From positions 63,244 through 127,243 of the forward strand of contig RHPI01003729.1 of assembly GCA_009103225.1 (NCBI GenBank): DNA of 64,000 nt, given 5' to 3'. The stretch is from Chlorokybus atmophyticus (lineage: Eukaryota; Plantae; Mesostigma and Chlorokybus algae). Shown one piece after another: positions 24,664 through 37,391 of this stretch. Positions within the stretch are counted from its first letter, which is position 1. Each line of letters opens with the position of its first letter. The translations under genes and the position numbers were made by a program. A model generated the notes under the pieces. It worked only from the letters and a program-made list of their open reading frames with translations. It did not search any database and was not told the DNA's origin.

Positions 24664-25601
24664 CTAGGAGAGCCAGAAGCCCAGGGTGGACTGGCCGGTG
24701 ATAGCCTCAGTCGCCAGCATGGCAATGAAGCCAAGCATAGCAGTGCGGCCGTTGATAATCTCACGGCCTGGGCGCCAGAAAGACTGCTTCTCAAACTCAG
24801 CATCACCCACACCCTTGGAGGGAGGGATGATGGAGCTGACGATGGTCAGGGCAGCCAAGGCCAGGAAAGAGAACCTGTAGATGGCAAGTCAGTAAATGCA
24901 TGCTTCAAGTACACAAGGAAACATACGACCACCATTCTTTGTTTACGTACTTGGAGATGGAGATGGTGCTCATCTGAGCGGCAATACCCTTGCCGGTAAT
25001 GTACTCGCCAGCAATGGCGGCGAGAAAGCCGAGCATAGCAGCGCGACCGTTGATGCGCTCAAGTAGACCCTCATAGGTGAGCAGATCAGTTGACTGGGAT
25101 TCGCCCGGCTTGGGAATCTGAGCATTATAAAGCAAACCACTTAGCAACGCAAGCACACGCACGACATCGGCCGGTGTGGTACTCCTTTATGGTGTTACTT
25201 ACGGTGTTGCCAGAGAAGGCGTTGGAGGCCTTGGAGCCCAGGCTATGGATGGAACCCTCAGCGTCAGCATCACTGGGGTTGGGGATGGGCAAGTTGCTGG
25301 CGACGTCGGAGAGCTTGCTCTTGGCGTCAGCGGCAGCGTCCTGAGCAATGTTCTTGGCCTTCTCCAGGGGGTTCGCCTCGCACCTCACCAAACGGCGGAA
25401 GGCGGGGACGGACACTGGCACTCGGCTGCGGATGGCTGCATGGCACCCACTTAATCGTCAACTTTTAAAAAGTCTACTTGACACCACTGAGCAGTACGCA
25501 ACCACTGCATGCATGTACTCACCGTTGGTGCGCCTTGAGAGAGAAGGCCGGGTGAGCTGGGCGACAGGGACGGAGATAGCAGCCATGATGGTGGACGCCA
25601 T
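24664..25601 (-). CDS. ELIP: Early light-induced protein (three-helix LHC-like), copy A1, intact
   Basis: Exons 25601-25523, 25435-25203, 25117-24951 and 24874-24664. Helix 1 ERINGRAAMLGF, helix 2 FLALAALTIVSSIIP, helix 3 EIINGRTAMLGF. TATATAAA at 25720-25713. Confidence 0.92.
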
Positions 25602-25771
25602 TTTGAAGGTGTAGCTGAATGCGAGCACACTAGTTGACAAGGGCTTTCGACACACTGATCTCTGCAAACGCAGTGAAATGCACCGTAATACCCTCAGGAG
25701 GGGCCGAAGCTGTTTATATACCTCGTGCACGCGAAAGGTGCGGTGGAGTCACTCACTGCTTGCTTCCGCCT

Positions 25772-26349
25772 GACGTGTCAGGTTCGAGAAAAAGTGCGTC
25801 CCGCAGCCTGTCAATCATGACTGAGAGAAGGGCGAATTGAGATCACCACTCCAGCACAGCGCACTGCCCAAGCCTGCATCGCACCGTTGTACGCCCAAAC
25901 TCTCGCGCCTGGGCATCGCGTACGCCAAATCTCATCACAGATTGACACGATGACTGGAAACGAGATTGGCGCGAAAGATGAAGCCCAGGTGCCCGGGTGC
26001 AAGGGTTCTGCGCCACACTGCAGTGCGCGACGCTAGCTAGTTGGCGCCAGCCTGGCCGCAATGGGTCTGCCACGTCAATGGAGTCATCCTCAGACAACAG
26101 CGACGCATAGATGGTGCCGCCGGCAGTGGCGGTGGCGGCGATATCCGTATCGTATGACGCACTCGTCCTCAGCAAGGGCGGCAAAGTCATCCACGTCTAC
26201 AGCGCGCTGCTTGGAGGAGCAGATCCAGCGCTAGCGCCTGCATGCCCGCCTGGCCGTGTCGTGAAGCGTGACCCGCTAGCTGCTGGCTGCATGCGTGGCC
26301 GTAGGCCACTGGAGGTTGCCATTTGCCATTTAGCCACTGCTGACGTGGC
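25772..26349. promoter_or_regulatory. ACGT-core (ABRE/G-box-type) sites upstream of ELIP A1
   Basis: GACGTGTC 25772-25779, GCCACGT 26069-26075, CCACGT 26191-26196, ACGTGGC 26343-26349. Confidence 0.45.
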
Positions 26350-28215
26350 CTCGTAGTTGAGGTTGTCTTTGTACTGTTTGGGTATCGACGACTTGCAGTA
26401 TGTGTAACTGTGTTGGCTGCATGTCCGCTTATCCGCACATGTGCAGAACTTTTTAATACGATTGGGTAATATTGTTTGTGCAGTGTTTAGCTAATTGGTG
26501 AGAAATGAAAACATGTTGCGCACATGTAGCGCTTAGATATACTTTGGGCAAGGCGTTGCGCATGCGCAAACACACTCGTCTCAGCTGTGGTATAAAGTGT
26601 GCATATCCGCACAAGCACGCACAATGTAAAGGGTATGAGTAGCATGCTTTATGGCGTAGCTTTAATCTGCAACCCTATAAAAGCACTTTGTTACCGTCCA
26701 TTGCAAGCAATGAATGGAGGCAGAGGCAGCTGCAAGCTGCAGCGCAACACAAGAATTGTTCACATTGCAATATCTTTAAGCACTTGGTTGCCATATTCAG
26801 CAGGACAGATGTTCACCACGTCGAGCACATAAGATCACAACGGGGTGCTAGTGTAATCCCATGCGTGCAATAAGCAATCGGGCTGGCCCAAGCCCTCACG
26901 TATGTTGTGCTATGCTATGTTAGGTCAACACACATCGCCATCCATAGCGAACCAAGTCCGCACACACATCAATCCCCATAGCCAACCCCACCACGCCCAC
27001 AACCCCATCACCACCTGTTATGGCGATGCCAGTTAGCAAGCAGTTGCCGTGTGGGCAACTGCGGCTTTCATGGCTTAAGTCCGAAACTTTAGGTGCAACG
27101 GCTCTGTGCATGGACACTCGGATTGTGCAGATTCACCCCCCGCACAGTAAGTAAGTGGTAGAGCAAGCACAGCAGGGTAGTGGTAGAGCAGCAACGTGGT
27201 GACAATATTCACAATATATGTGGTGTTCAAAGTCACCGTGTCAATGCATTATGCGGGCACTTATGATGCTCCCCGCATGTTATCCTTGAACATTCTGTAG
27301 TTGTGTTTGTACAATGCGTGTGGGATGACGCCATACAACATGATGTCATGATACCACATACGATCACAAGGGGGTGCTAATGCTAGTGCAAAGCTATGCG
27401 TGCAATAAGAACATTTGTAAAAGGGTGTTGCGCACTATGAAGTGCCAGCACAACCTGAAACAGGATATAGCTAATTAACATACCTTGCAAGCTCGCACGC
27501 AGCATTTGCAAGCTGCAGCAAATGGGTGCACACATGTGTACAGAGATGTCGCACATTGTGACGTAGGTTGATATTGCAAGCTAGCGAAACAGCAACTATT
27601 TGATATCATGCAAGCATACAGTTGAAGCGGCTGCAAGGTGTAGAATATACATATATAGTAATGCAATTGTAACAGCTCTTTGTAATATCCATTCATGTAA
27701 TAATACTTACTTATACCAAGAGGTATTGCACAAGTAGGTTGTGTCAAATGGCATATACAAGTTTTACATAATGGTGTTGTAGCTGTAACAGTTTGGCGCG
27801 ACATATGTCATTTCATGTACAATTTTGCATTTTGGAGTGTACGAGCTATAAGTATTGTGATAGTTGCTGTGCATAGCTGTGTATGACGATACCACTTTTG
27901 CATTGTACTCGTATGTATTAGATTATGTTACAATCATTTGTACAATAGAAAGAGCAGATGTCAGAGAAGGCACTAGCATGTCCAAGTAGAGTCAGATGTT
28001 AGGCTATGCCGATCAGCGAACACAATCATGAAACTTATCCAAGAAAACATCCATGTCGCATAGTGGCATACAAGATGTGTTGCAAAACTCCATTGCAGGT
28101 TTGCTTTTGCATTGGCAAGGCAAGGCATTGGCATACAGCCCGTGCTGTTACAGTCTGAGGTACAATGACTAGCCGATTATGTACACATATAGGTACAAGG
28201 ATGTGCAAACACAAT

Positions 28216-29197
28216 CTAAGAGAGTCAGAAGCCCAGGGTGGACTGGCCGGTGATAGCTTCAGTCGCGAGCATGGGGATGAAGCCAAGCATGGCAGTGCGA
28301 CCGTTGATAATTTCACGGCCTGGACGCTACCACGCCTGGTTCTCTTACTCAGCATCACCCACACTCTTAGAAGGAGGGATGATGCTGCTGACAATGGTCA
28401 GAGAAGCCAATGCCAAGACAGAAAACCTATAGACAAATGGCAAGTCAGCAGCTACTTCATCTCAAAGTGAAGAGGAAACATACAAAGATAAGCAATCGTT
28501 GGCTACTTACTTGGAGATGGAGATGGTGCTCATCTGTGCAGCAATGCCCTTGCCAGTGATGTACTCCCCAGCAATAGCGGCGAGGAAGTCAAGCATAGCA
28601 GCGCGGCCATTGATGCGCTCAAGCAGATTTTTATAAATCAACAGGTCCGTAGACTGAGACTCACCGCGCTTGGGCATCCAAGTAAATGACACAAAGTAAG
28701 GAACACTTGTGCAGTACGCAATACGATTGAACATTTCATATGACTAGCGGTGCAATTTGCACTGTTGCCAGTGAAGGCGTTGGAAGCCTTGGGGCCAACG
28801 CTGTGGATGGTACCCTCCGCATCAGCATCGCTGGGGTTGGGGATGGGCAGGTTGCTGGCAACGTCAGAAAGGTTGCTCTTAACGTCTGCGGCAGCATCCT
28901 GAGCGGCGCTCTTCGCCTTGTTAAGGGGGTTGGCCTCGCACCTCGCTGAGCGGCGGAATGCGGGGGCAGACACTGGCACACGGCTCCGGATGGCTGCATG
29001 TACAAACGGTCAAGAGCCGATGCTAGAACATTACTGTGAACGTGAGAACTCCACGAAGTGGATACGGAAATGGAGTAACCGCAACAAGCGCAACCATTGT
29101 GCAGCAAGCATCACTCACAATTGGTGCACTTGGACAGTGTGGGTCGAATTAGCTGGGCCACATGGGCGGAGAGAATAGCCATTGTAGTGGACGCCAT
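28216..29197 (-). pseudogene. ELIP: ELIP pseudogene B1
   Basis: Same exon layout as A1, but in-frame stops at 28347-28345 (TAA), 28329-28327 (TAG) and 28227-28225 (TGA). The exon-3 acceptor is changed AG>GG, and helix 1 AMLG reads AMLD. Confidence 0.88.
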
Positions 29198-29467
29198 TGC
29201 TAACTTGCTAAAAGTCTCGACGAAGCTACGGCTGATGATGAGATGAAGAAGAATGACGCAATCACTTGAGCGCAAAGAGCTGGTGACGGTCACTACAGTG
29301 TGCTCATTTGCTTCTTATGCCTCGTGGCTAAGACGGCCATGCATGCAGCATGTCGGTGCGTCCATGGGNGCACATTGGTGCCAAGTTCAATCAACCCTGC
29401 TCTACCATGGTAAACCTAAGGCTGTTTATAAACACCTAATGTTGCAGAACGTGCCAAGGCAAGGTAT

Positions 29468-29546
29468 CTAGGAGAGCCAGAAGCCCAGGGTGGACTGGCC
29501 GGTGATAGCCTCAGTCGCCAGCATGGCAATGAAGCCAAGCATAGCA
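29468..29546 (-). pseudogene. ELIP 3'-end fragment at the N junction
   Basis: Copy of 24664-24742 truncated at ...aagcatagca and joined to a copy of about 24486-24558. Confidence 0.75.
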
Positions 29547-29717
29547 TAACATCATTTCACAATTCTTACTCGGGTGAAGAAAAAGGCAAAGAGTTTCATT
29601 TCAACTTTAATGTACAATAGCACATTGGTGCCAAGTTCAATCAACCCTGCTCTACCATGGTAAACCTAAGGCTGTTTATAAACACCTAATGTTGCAGAAC
29701 GTGCCAAGGCAAGGTAT

Positions 29718-30655
29718 CTAGGAGAGCCAGAAGCCCAGGGTGGACTGGCCGGTGATAGCCTCAGTCGCCAGCATGGCAATGAAGCCAAGCATAGCAGTGC
29801 GGCCGTTGATAATCTCACGGCCTGGGCGCCAGAAAGACTGCTTCTCAAACTCAGCATCACCCACACCCTTGGAGGGAGGGATGATGGAGCTGACGATGGT
29901 CAGGGCAGCCAAGGCCAGGAAAGAGAACCTGTAGATGGCAAGTCAGTAAATGCATGCTTCAAGTACACAAGGAAACATACGACCACCATTCTTTGTTTAC
30001 GTACTTGGAGATGGAGATGGTGCTCATCTGAGCGGCAATACCCTTGCCGGTAATGTACTCGCCAGCAATGGCGGCGAGAAAGCCGAGCATAGCAGCGCGA
30101 CCGTTGATGCGCTCAAGTAGACCCTCATAGGTGAGCAGATCAGTTGACTGGGATTCGCCCGGCTTGGGAATCTGAGCATTATAAAGCAAACCACTTAGCA
30201 ACGCAAGCACACGCACGACATCGGCCGGTGTGGTACTCCTTTATGGTGTTACTTACGGTGTTGCCAGAGAAGGCGTTGGAGGCCTTGGAGCCCAGGCTAT
30301 GGATGGAACCCTCAGCGTCAGCATCACTGGGGTTGGGGATGGGCAAGTTGCTGGCGACGTCGGAGAGCTTGCTCTTGGCGTCAGCGGCAGCGTCCTGAGC
30401 AATGTTCTTGGCCTTCTCCAGGGGGTTCGCCTCGCACCTCACCAAACGGCGGAAGGCGGGGACGGACACTGGCACTCGGCTGCGGATGGCTGCATGGCAC
30501 CCACTTAATCGTCAACTTTTAAAAAGTCTACTTGACACCACTGAGCAGTACGCAACCACTGCATGCATGTACTCACCGTTGGTGCGCCTTGAGAGAGAAG
30601 GCCGGGTGAGCTGGGCGACAGGGACGGAGATAGCAGCCATGATGGTGGACGCCAT
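29718..30655 (-). CDS. ELIP: ELIP copy A2 (identical to A1)
   Basis: A1 coordinates +5054; may be an assembly duplicate. Confidence 0.75.
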
Positions 30656-33269
30656 TTTGAAGGTGTAGCTGAATGCGAGCACACTAGTTGACAAGGGCTT
30701 TCGACACACTGATCTCTGCAAACGCAGTGAAATGCACCGTAATACCCTCAGGAGGGGCCGAAGCTGTTTATATACCTCGTGCACGCGAAAGGTGCGGTGG
30801 AGTCACTCACTGCTTGCTTCCGCCTGACGTGTCAGGTTCGAGAAAAAGTGCGTCCCGCAGCCTGTCAATCATGACTGAGAGAAGGGCGAATTGAGATCAC
30901 CACTCCAGCACAGCGCACTGCCCAAGCCTGCATCGCACCGTTGTACGCCCAAACTCTCGCGCCTGGGCATCGCGTACGCCAAATCTCATCACAGATTGAC
31001 ACGATGACTGGAAACGAGATTGGCGCGAAAGATGAAGCCCAGGTGCCCGGGTGCAAGGGTTCTGCGCCACACTGCAGTGCGCGACGCTAGCTAGTTGGCG
31101 CCAGCCTGGCCGCAATGGGTCTGCCACGTCAATGGAGTCATCCTCAGACAACAGCGACGCATAGATGGTGCCGCCGGCAGTGGCGGTGGCGGCGATATCC
31201 GTATCGTATGACGCACTCGTCCTCAGCAAGGGCGGCAAAGTCATCCACGTCTACAGCGCGCTGCTTGGAGGAGCAGATCCAGCGCTAGCGCCTGCATGCC
31301 CGCCTGGCCGTGTCGTGAAGCGTGACCCGCTAGCTGCTGGCTGCATGCGTGGCCGTAGGCCACTGGAGGTTGCCATTTGCCATTTAGCCACTGCTGACGT
31401 GGCCTCGTAGTTGAGGTTGTCTTTGTACTGTTTGGGTATCGACGACTTGCAGTATGTGTAACTGTGTTGGCTGCATGTCCGCTTATCCGCACATGTGCAG
31501 AACTTTTTAATACGATTGGGTAATATTGTTTGTGCAGTGTTTAGCTAATTGGTGAGAAATGAAAACATGTTGCGCACATGTAGCGCTTAGATATACTTTG
31601 GGCAAGGCGTTGCGCATGCGCAAACACACTCGTCTCAGCTGTGGTATAAAGTGTGCATATCCGCACAAGCACGCACAATGTAAAGGGTATGAGTAGCATG
31701 CTTTATGGCGTAGCTTTAATCTGCAACCCTATAAAAGCACTTTGTTACCGTCCATTGCAAGCAATGAATGGAGGCAGAGGCAGCTGCAAGCTGCAGCGCA
31801 ACACAAGAATTGTTCACATTGCAATATCTTTAAGCACTTGGTTGCCATATTCAGCAGGACAGATGTTCACCACGTCGAGCACATAAGATCACAACGGGGT
31901 GCTAGTGTAATCCCATGCGTGCAATAAGCAATCGGGCTGGCCCAAGCCCTCACGTATGTTGTGCTATGCTATGTTAGGTCAACACACATCGCCATCCATA
32001 GCGAACCAAGTCCGCACACACATCAATCCCCATAGCCAACCCCACCACGCCCACAACCCCATCACCACCTGTTATGGCGATGCCAGTTAGCAAGCAGTTG
32101 CCGTGTGGGCAACTGCGGCTTTCATGGCTTAAGTCCGAAACTTTAGGTGCAACGGCTCTGTGCATGGACACTCGGATTGTGCAGATTCACCCCCCGCACA
32201 GTAAGTAAGTGGTAGAGCAAGCACAGCAGGGTAGTGGTAGAGCAGCAACGTGGTGACAATATTCACAATATATGTGGTGTTCAAAGTCACCGTGTCAATG
32301 CATTATGCGGGCACTTATGATGCTCCCCGCATGTTATCCTTGAACATTCTGTAGTTGTGTTTGTACAATGCGTGTGGGATGACGCCATACAACATGATGT
32401 CATGATACCACATACGATCACAAGGGGGTGCTAATGCTAGTGCAAAGCTATGCGTGCAATAAGAACATTTGTAAAAGGGTGTTGCGCACTATGAAGTGCC
32501 AGCACAACCTGAAACAGGATATAGCTAATTAACATACCTTGCAAGCTCGCACGCAGCATTTGCAAGCTGCAGCAAATGGGTGCACACATGTGTACAGAGA
32601 TGTCGCACATTGTGACGTAGGTTGATATTGCAAGCTAGCGAAACAGCAACTATTTGATATCATGCAAGCATACAGTTGAAGCGGCTGCAAGGTGTAGAAT
32701 ATACATATATAGTAATGCAATTGTAACAGCTCTTTGTAATATCCATTCATGTAATAATACTTACTTATACCAAGAGGTATTGCACAAGTAGGTTGTGTCA
32801 AATGGCATATACAAGTTTTACATAATGGTGTTGTAGCTGTAACAGTTTGGCGCGACATATGTCATTTCATGTACAATTTTGCATTTTGGAGTGTACGAGC
32901 TATAAGTATTGTGATAGTTGCTGTGCATAGCTGTGTATGACGATACCACTTTTGCATTGTACTCGTATGTATTAGATTATGTTACAATCATTTGTACAAT
33001 AGAAAGAGCAGATGTCAGAGAAGGCACTAGCATGTCCAAGTAGAGTCAGATGTTAGGCTATGCCGATCAGCGAACACAATCATGAAACTTATCCAAGAAA
33101 ACATCCATGTCGCATAGTGGCATACAAGATGTGTTGCAAAACTCCATTGCAGGTTTGCTTTTGCATTGGCAAGGCAAGGCATTGGCATACAGCCCGTGCT
33201 GTTACAGTCTGAGGTACAATGACTAGCCGATTATGTACACATATAGGTACAAGGATGTGCAAACACAAT

Positions 33270-34251
33270 CTAAGAGAGTCAGAAGCCCAGGGTGGACTGG
33301 CCGGTGATAGCTTCAGTCGCGAGCATGGGGATGAAGCCAAGCATGGCAGTGCGACCGTTGATAATTTCACGGCCTGGACGCTACCACGCCTGGTTCTCTT
33401 ACTCAGCATCACCCACACTCTTAGAAGGAGGGATGATGCTGCTGACAATGGTCAGAGAAGCCAATGCCAAGACAGAAAACCTATAGACAAATGGCAAGTC
33501 AGCAGCTACTTCATCTCAAAGTGAAGAGGAAACATACAAAGATAAGCAATCGTTGGCTACTTACTTGGAGATGGAGATGGTGCTCATCTGTGCAGCAATG
33601 CCCTTGCCAGTGATGTACTCCCCAGCAATAGCGGCGAGGAAGTCAAGCATAGCAGCGCGGCCATTGATGCGCTCAAGCAGATTTTTATAAATCAACAGGT
33701 CCGTAGACTGAGACTCACCGCGCTTGGGCATCCAAGTAAATGACACAAAGTAAGGAACACTTGTGCAGTACGCAATACGATTGAACATTTCATATGACTA
33801 GCGGTGCAATTTGCACTGTTGCCAGTGAAGGCGTTGGAAGCCTTGGGGCCAACGCTGTGGATGGTACCCTCCGCATCAGCATCGCTGGGGTTGGGGATGG
33901 GCAGGTTGCTGGCAACGTCAGAAAGGTTGCTCTTAACGTCTGCGGCAGCATCCTGAGCGGCGCTCTTCGCCTTGTTAAGGGGGTTGGCCTCGCACCTCGC
34001 TGAGCGGCGGAATGCGGGGGCAGACACTGGCACACGGCTCCGGATGGCTGCATGTACAAACGGTCAAGAGCCGATGCTAGAACATTACTGTGAACGTGAG
34101 AACTCCACGAAGTGGATACGGAAATGGAGTAACCGCAACAAGCGCAACCATTGTGCAGCAAGCATCACTCACAATTGGTGCACTTGGACAGTGTGGGTCG
34201 AATTAGCTGGGCCACATGGGCGGAGAGAATAGCCATTGTAGTGGACGCCAT
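33270..34251 (-). pseudogene. ELIP: ELIP pseudogene B2 (identical to B1)
   Basis: B1 coordinates +5054 with the same lesions. Confidence 0.75.
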
Positions 34252-37200
34252 TGCTAACTTGCTAAAAGTCTCGACGAAGCTACGGCTGATGATGAGATGA
34301 AGAAGAATGACGCAATCACTTGAGCGCAAAGAGCTGGTGACGGTCACTACAGTGTGCTCATTTGCTTCTTATGCCTCGTGGCTAAGACGGCCATGCATGC
34401 AGCATGTCGGTGCGTCCATGGGCAGCTTCGCACACGGGCGTTGTCATGGCCATCGCCGCTGCCCGCATCGCTCACAACGGCGCGCAGATTTACGTAGCCG
34501 CCATCCCCACCGCTCCGTCGCCCCATATGGACGGGACAACATAGATGTCAGTATCCACGGCTTGGAGTCAGTGGAGTCAGTGTCGCCAAGCTGGAACGTC
34601 GTCTCCGGACGTGGTAGACGCATCATGAGATCTGTCGCTTAACTAAAAGTCATGAAGTCAATCAAGAGATTGTTGCTTAGATATTGAAGGTTGTTGCTTA
34701 GACCTCTTGTTGCTTGGAAATCCATGCACTGTATGGAGAATATGATCATGTGACAAAACATTGTTATGCTTGCAAACATACGTATTTATAATGTTAACAT
34801 GCTTTTCACAAGCATTGCATCCGTAATGCAAGCGGATGCATATTTTATTAATATTATTGATCCATCACCACATGTGATGAAAAGGTAGCATACCGTGTAT
34901 AGCAATGCACACGTCAAGATTTCTACTTAGCATCTAAGTCTTTCAACTCACCCTTTATATGTAGGGAACCCAGTTTTGTGTGCTTGTTGCTGCTTTTGCA
35001 TGACATGACCAATGCGGATGTGACGCACTGGCTCAAGCGTGATGTGCTTGTATTACATGAAAGTGGCGCAATGTGCATGGCAATTACTTTGATATAAGAT
35101 TCTTGCAGTAACACAAAATGCATCTCACGGTTAAGCTTTCTGCCTAAAACCACGCTCTGCAAGGTGCTATTCGCTTAAGCAACATAATCACACGCAATGC
35201 TATGTAATTGCAAATGCGCGCAACAATTGTGCGCATATGCGATTATGTAGCATTGCTCTATAAATTGAAATATAGCGGGCAAAATTCAAGTCGACATGTC
35301 ATAAGTGCACTTGTGCTGCATTTAATCTACATACATGTAAGAGTCTTATAGAATGAATAAAACACATTAGCTACAAGCAAACTTTGTTTGTATGAAGACT
35401 ACCAATGCATATGTGCATTCAATGATTTTTCGTATGCAAACTGACGATGCCGTTTTGCCGCAATAGCACTTAACTTAACAGATGGATAGACATGGTATCA
35501 TGCTATCACATATGATCATAATTGCTTGTACGCAACTCCGTACAGCAAGTCAATAGGCACAGTTATGGTAGTTATCTCAATGACTCTATGCGTATGACCA
35601 TGAAGACATGTGAATGATTGGGTGAGACCCTAACATAATTGAGATTAGCGCGCGCATCGCAATCTTAGGCGATGTGGGGTGGGTTAGGTTAATGAGCAAA
35701 TTCTTCGGATGGGGCGCGTCATCATCTGACTACAACGCATCAATTGCAACTAATCGCACATGTTATTTGCTCTGAAGGCTATATGCACGCTGCAATCACG
35801 TCTGTGGGGCTGCTTCAATAGTTAAGAACGTGGCCGCACTTGATCACATTTACCTAATCACCAATAGTGCTATGTGAGTAATACCTGGGCGTACAAAGAA
35901 GGCAATGGAGTATTGTGCCATGCACGACAGGAATACTGACAAAACGCATATACAAACACTCACCTCAAATACAATTACCGTGTTAAGCACTAATTGCCTA
36001 CCTCACCACTCCCTGTAACGCGGTTAATAGTTATATCCTAAGATTATGCTTGGGTTATAAGCAAGTATATGTATAAGCAAATTCTAACAATATGTTATTG
36101 GAATATTACTTTGTACTTGGTTATAAAGTAATGGATATGAGGTATGCCGCACAACGCAGCCTCTAGCCATAGGTGCGATGGAGGTGCGATGGCGCCGCGG
36201 TCGCAGGCCGTCGGATGATTATTAATATCGAAGGTTGGTAGTCAGTGACAAGGCGTAACTGACGTGACGGCGCAAGCCGCGCGCCACTCAGGGCGCGACG
36301 CGCAGCCACGCCACCACCAAGGGTAAAACCCCTTGAGATAACCAATACGCATTTATTATCTCTCAAGATTTTATGTCCTATGTGGGCATAGTAATTGTGG
36401 CACAGGGCAAATAGATATAGAAACCATGGGATTGCACCTTAGTCCGACTGGTTGTTCACACTCAAGGGTACGAAACCCTTAAAGTGATTGGTGTGAATGT
36501 TAACTGAGTACGTGTGAGCACACTTACTCAAAGATGGTTAGCCGCCTTTGATTGCATTAGAATCCGGACGTGGCACCATGGGTGGACATACCCACAGCCC
36601 TTGAAGGTGAAGATGAACCACAAGGGTATATAAGAGGGCAAGCAAGAGTAGCCAAGGCATTAAGGTTTGTGGCCTTGCCATGGTGTGCTTGAGTGGGACA
36701 TCTACGTGGGGTGTTCGGGTGAGAGGCCGTTCAAGGGGGTGCCAAGACTCCTCAACTTCAAGGTTGCAAGGTGTGTTGCTGTCCTTGCATTATACTTGTC
36801 GTGTGTGTGCGAGAGTGCATGCGAGGGTAGTAGTGCTTGCACTTGTGTGTAAGTGCATGCATTGGTGTTTACACTTGTATGTGAGTGTGAGCACTGGGTA
36901 GAAGTGTTTGCACGCACTTGTATGTGTGTGTCAGCATATTCAAGCGCACACTTGTGTGCGCGAGTGGAGATCTTAACTTGCCTTGGTGTTAGCTACCGTA
37001 GCCAACAGTGACTAGCGTGCTCGAGCGTAGGTGGGCATTGCACTCCCAACCGCAAGACTACGAATACCGCCCCATCTCATCAGTCATGCATGCATGTTAT
37101 GGCGGTACACATTGTTGTTGGCCATGGCTATCTACTTGCACACTACTTGCAAATAACTGAGCCTTGCTTGAACACTGCTTGTACACTGTGTGCATGCCCT

Positions 37201-37391
37201 GCTATCCATTTGGTTGCTATTTCACAAAGCGCACTACAAAGACACCCGTTGTGAGTGAGTGTCGCGTAGGGTATAAAGGCGCGGACAGCCGCTCAAACTA
37301 CAGGGGGCATTCACAGTCGTACAAGTCTTGGTCGTCGTGAGTGGCGGCGTTGGCTGGCTGGCTGGCTGATGTCTCCCTCCTCTGCGATGCT

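Larger units (their letters stand above)
24566..34422. repeat. Tandem duplication: 24566-29368 repeated at 29620-34422 (offset 5054)
   Basis: ORF tracks of the two copies are identical. The junction has a single N (29369) and short rearranged fragments (29370-29619). Confidence 0.95.

Noticed and set aside
26440-28000. AT-rich spacer (also 34650-36150 and 52860-53450) as decayed coding or TE sequence
   Set aside because: Stops in all frames and no recognisable domain; the 192-aa ORF at 52943-53521 looks like chance.
24566-29619. CRISPR-like or programmed-rearrangement reading of repeated fragments at N junctions
   Set aside because: No regular repeat-spacer structure; association with single Ns points to assembly.
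36380-37007. Possible solo LTR (TATATAAG at about 36629, ends ...GCCAACA)
   Set aside because: No matching TGTTGG start, TSD or convincing PBS.
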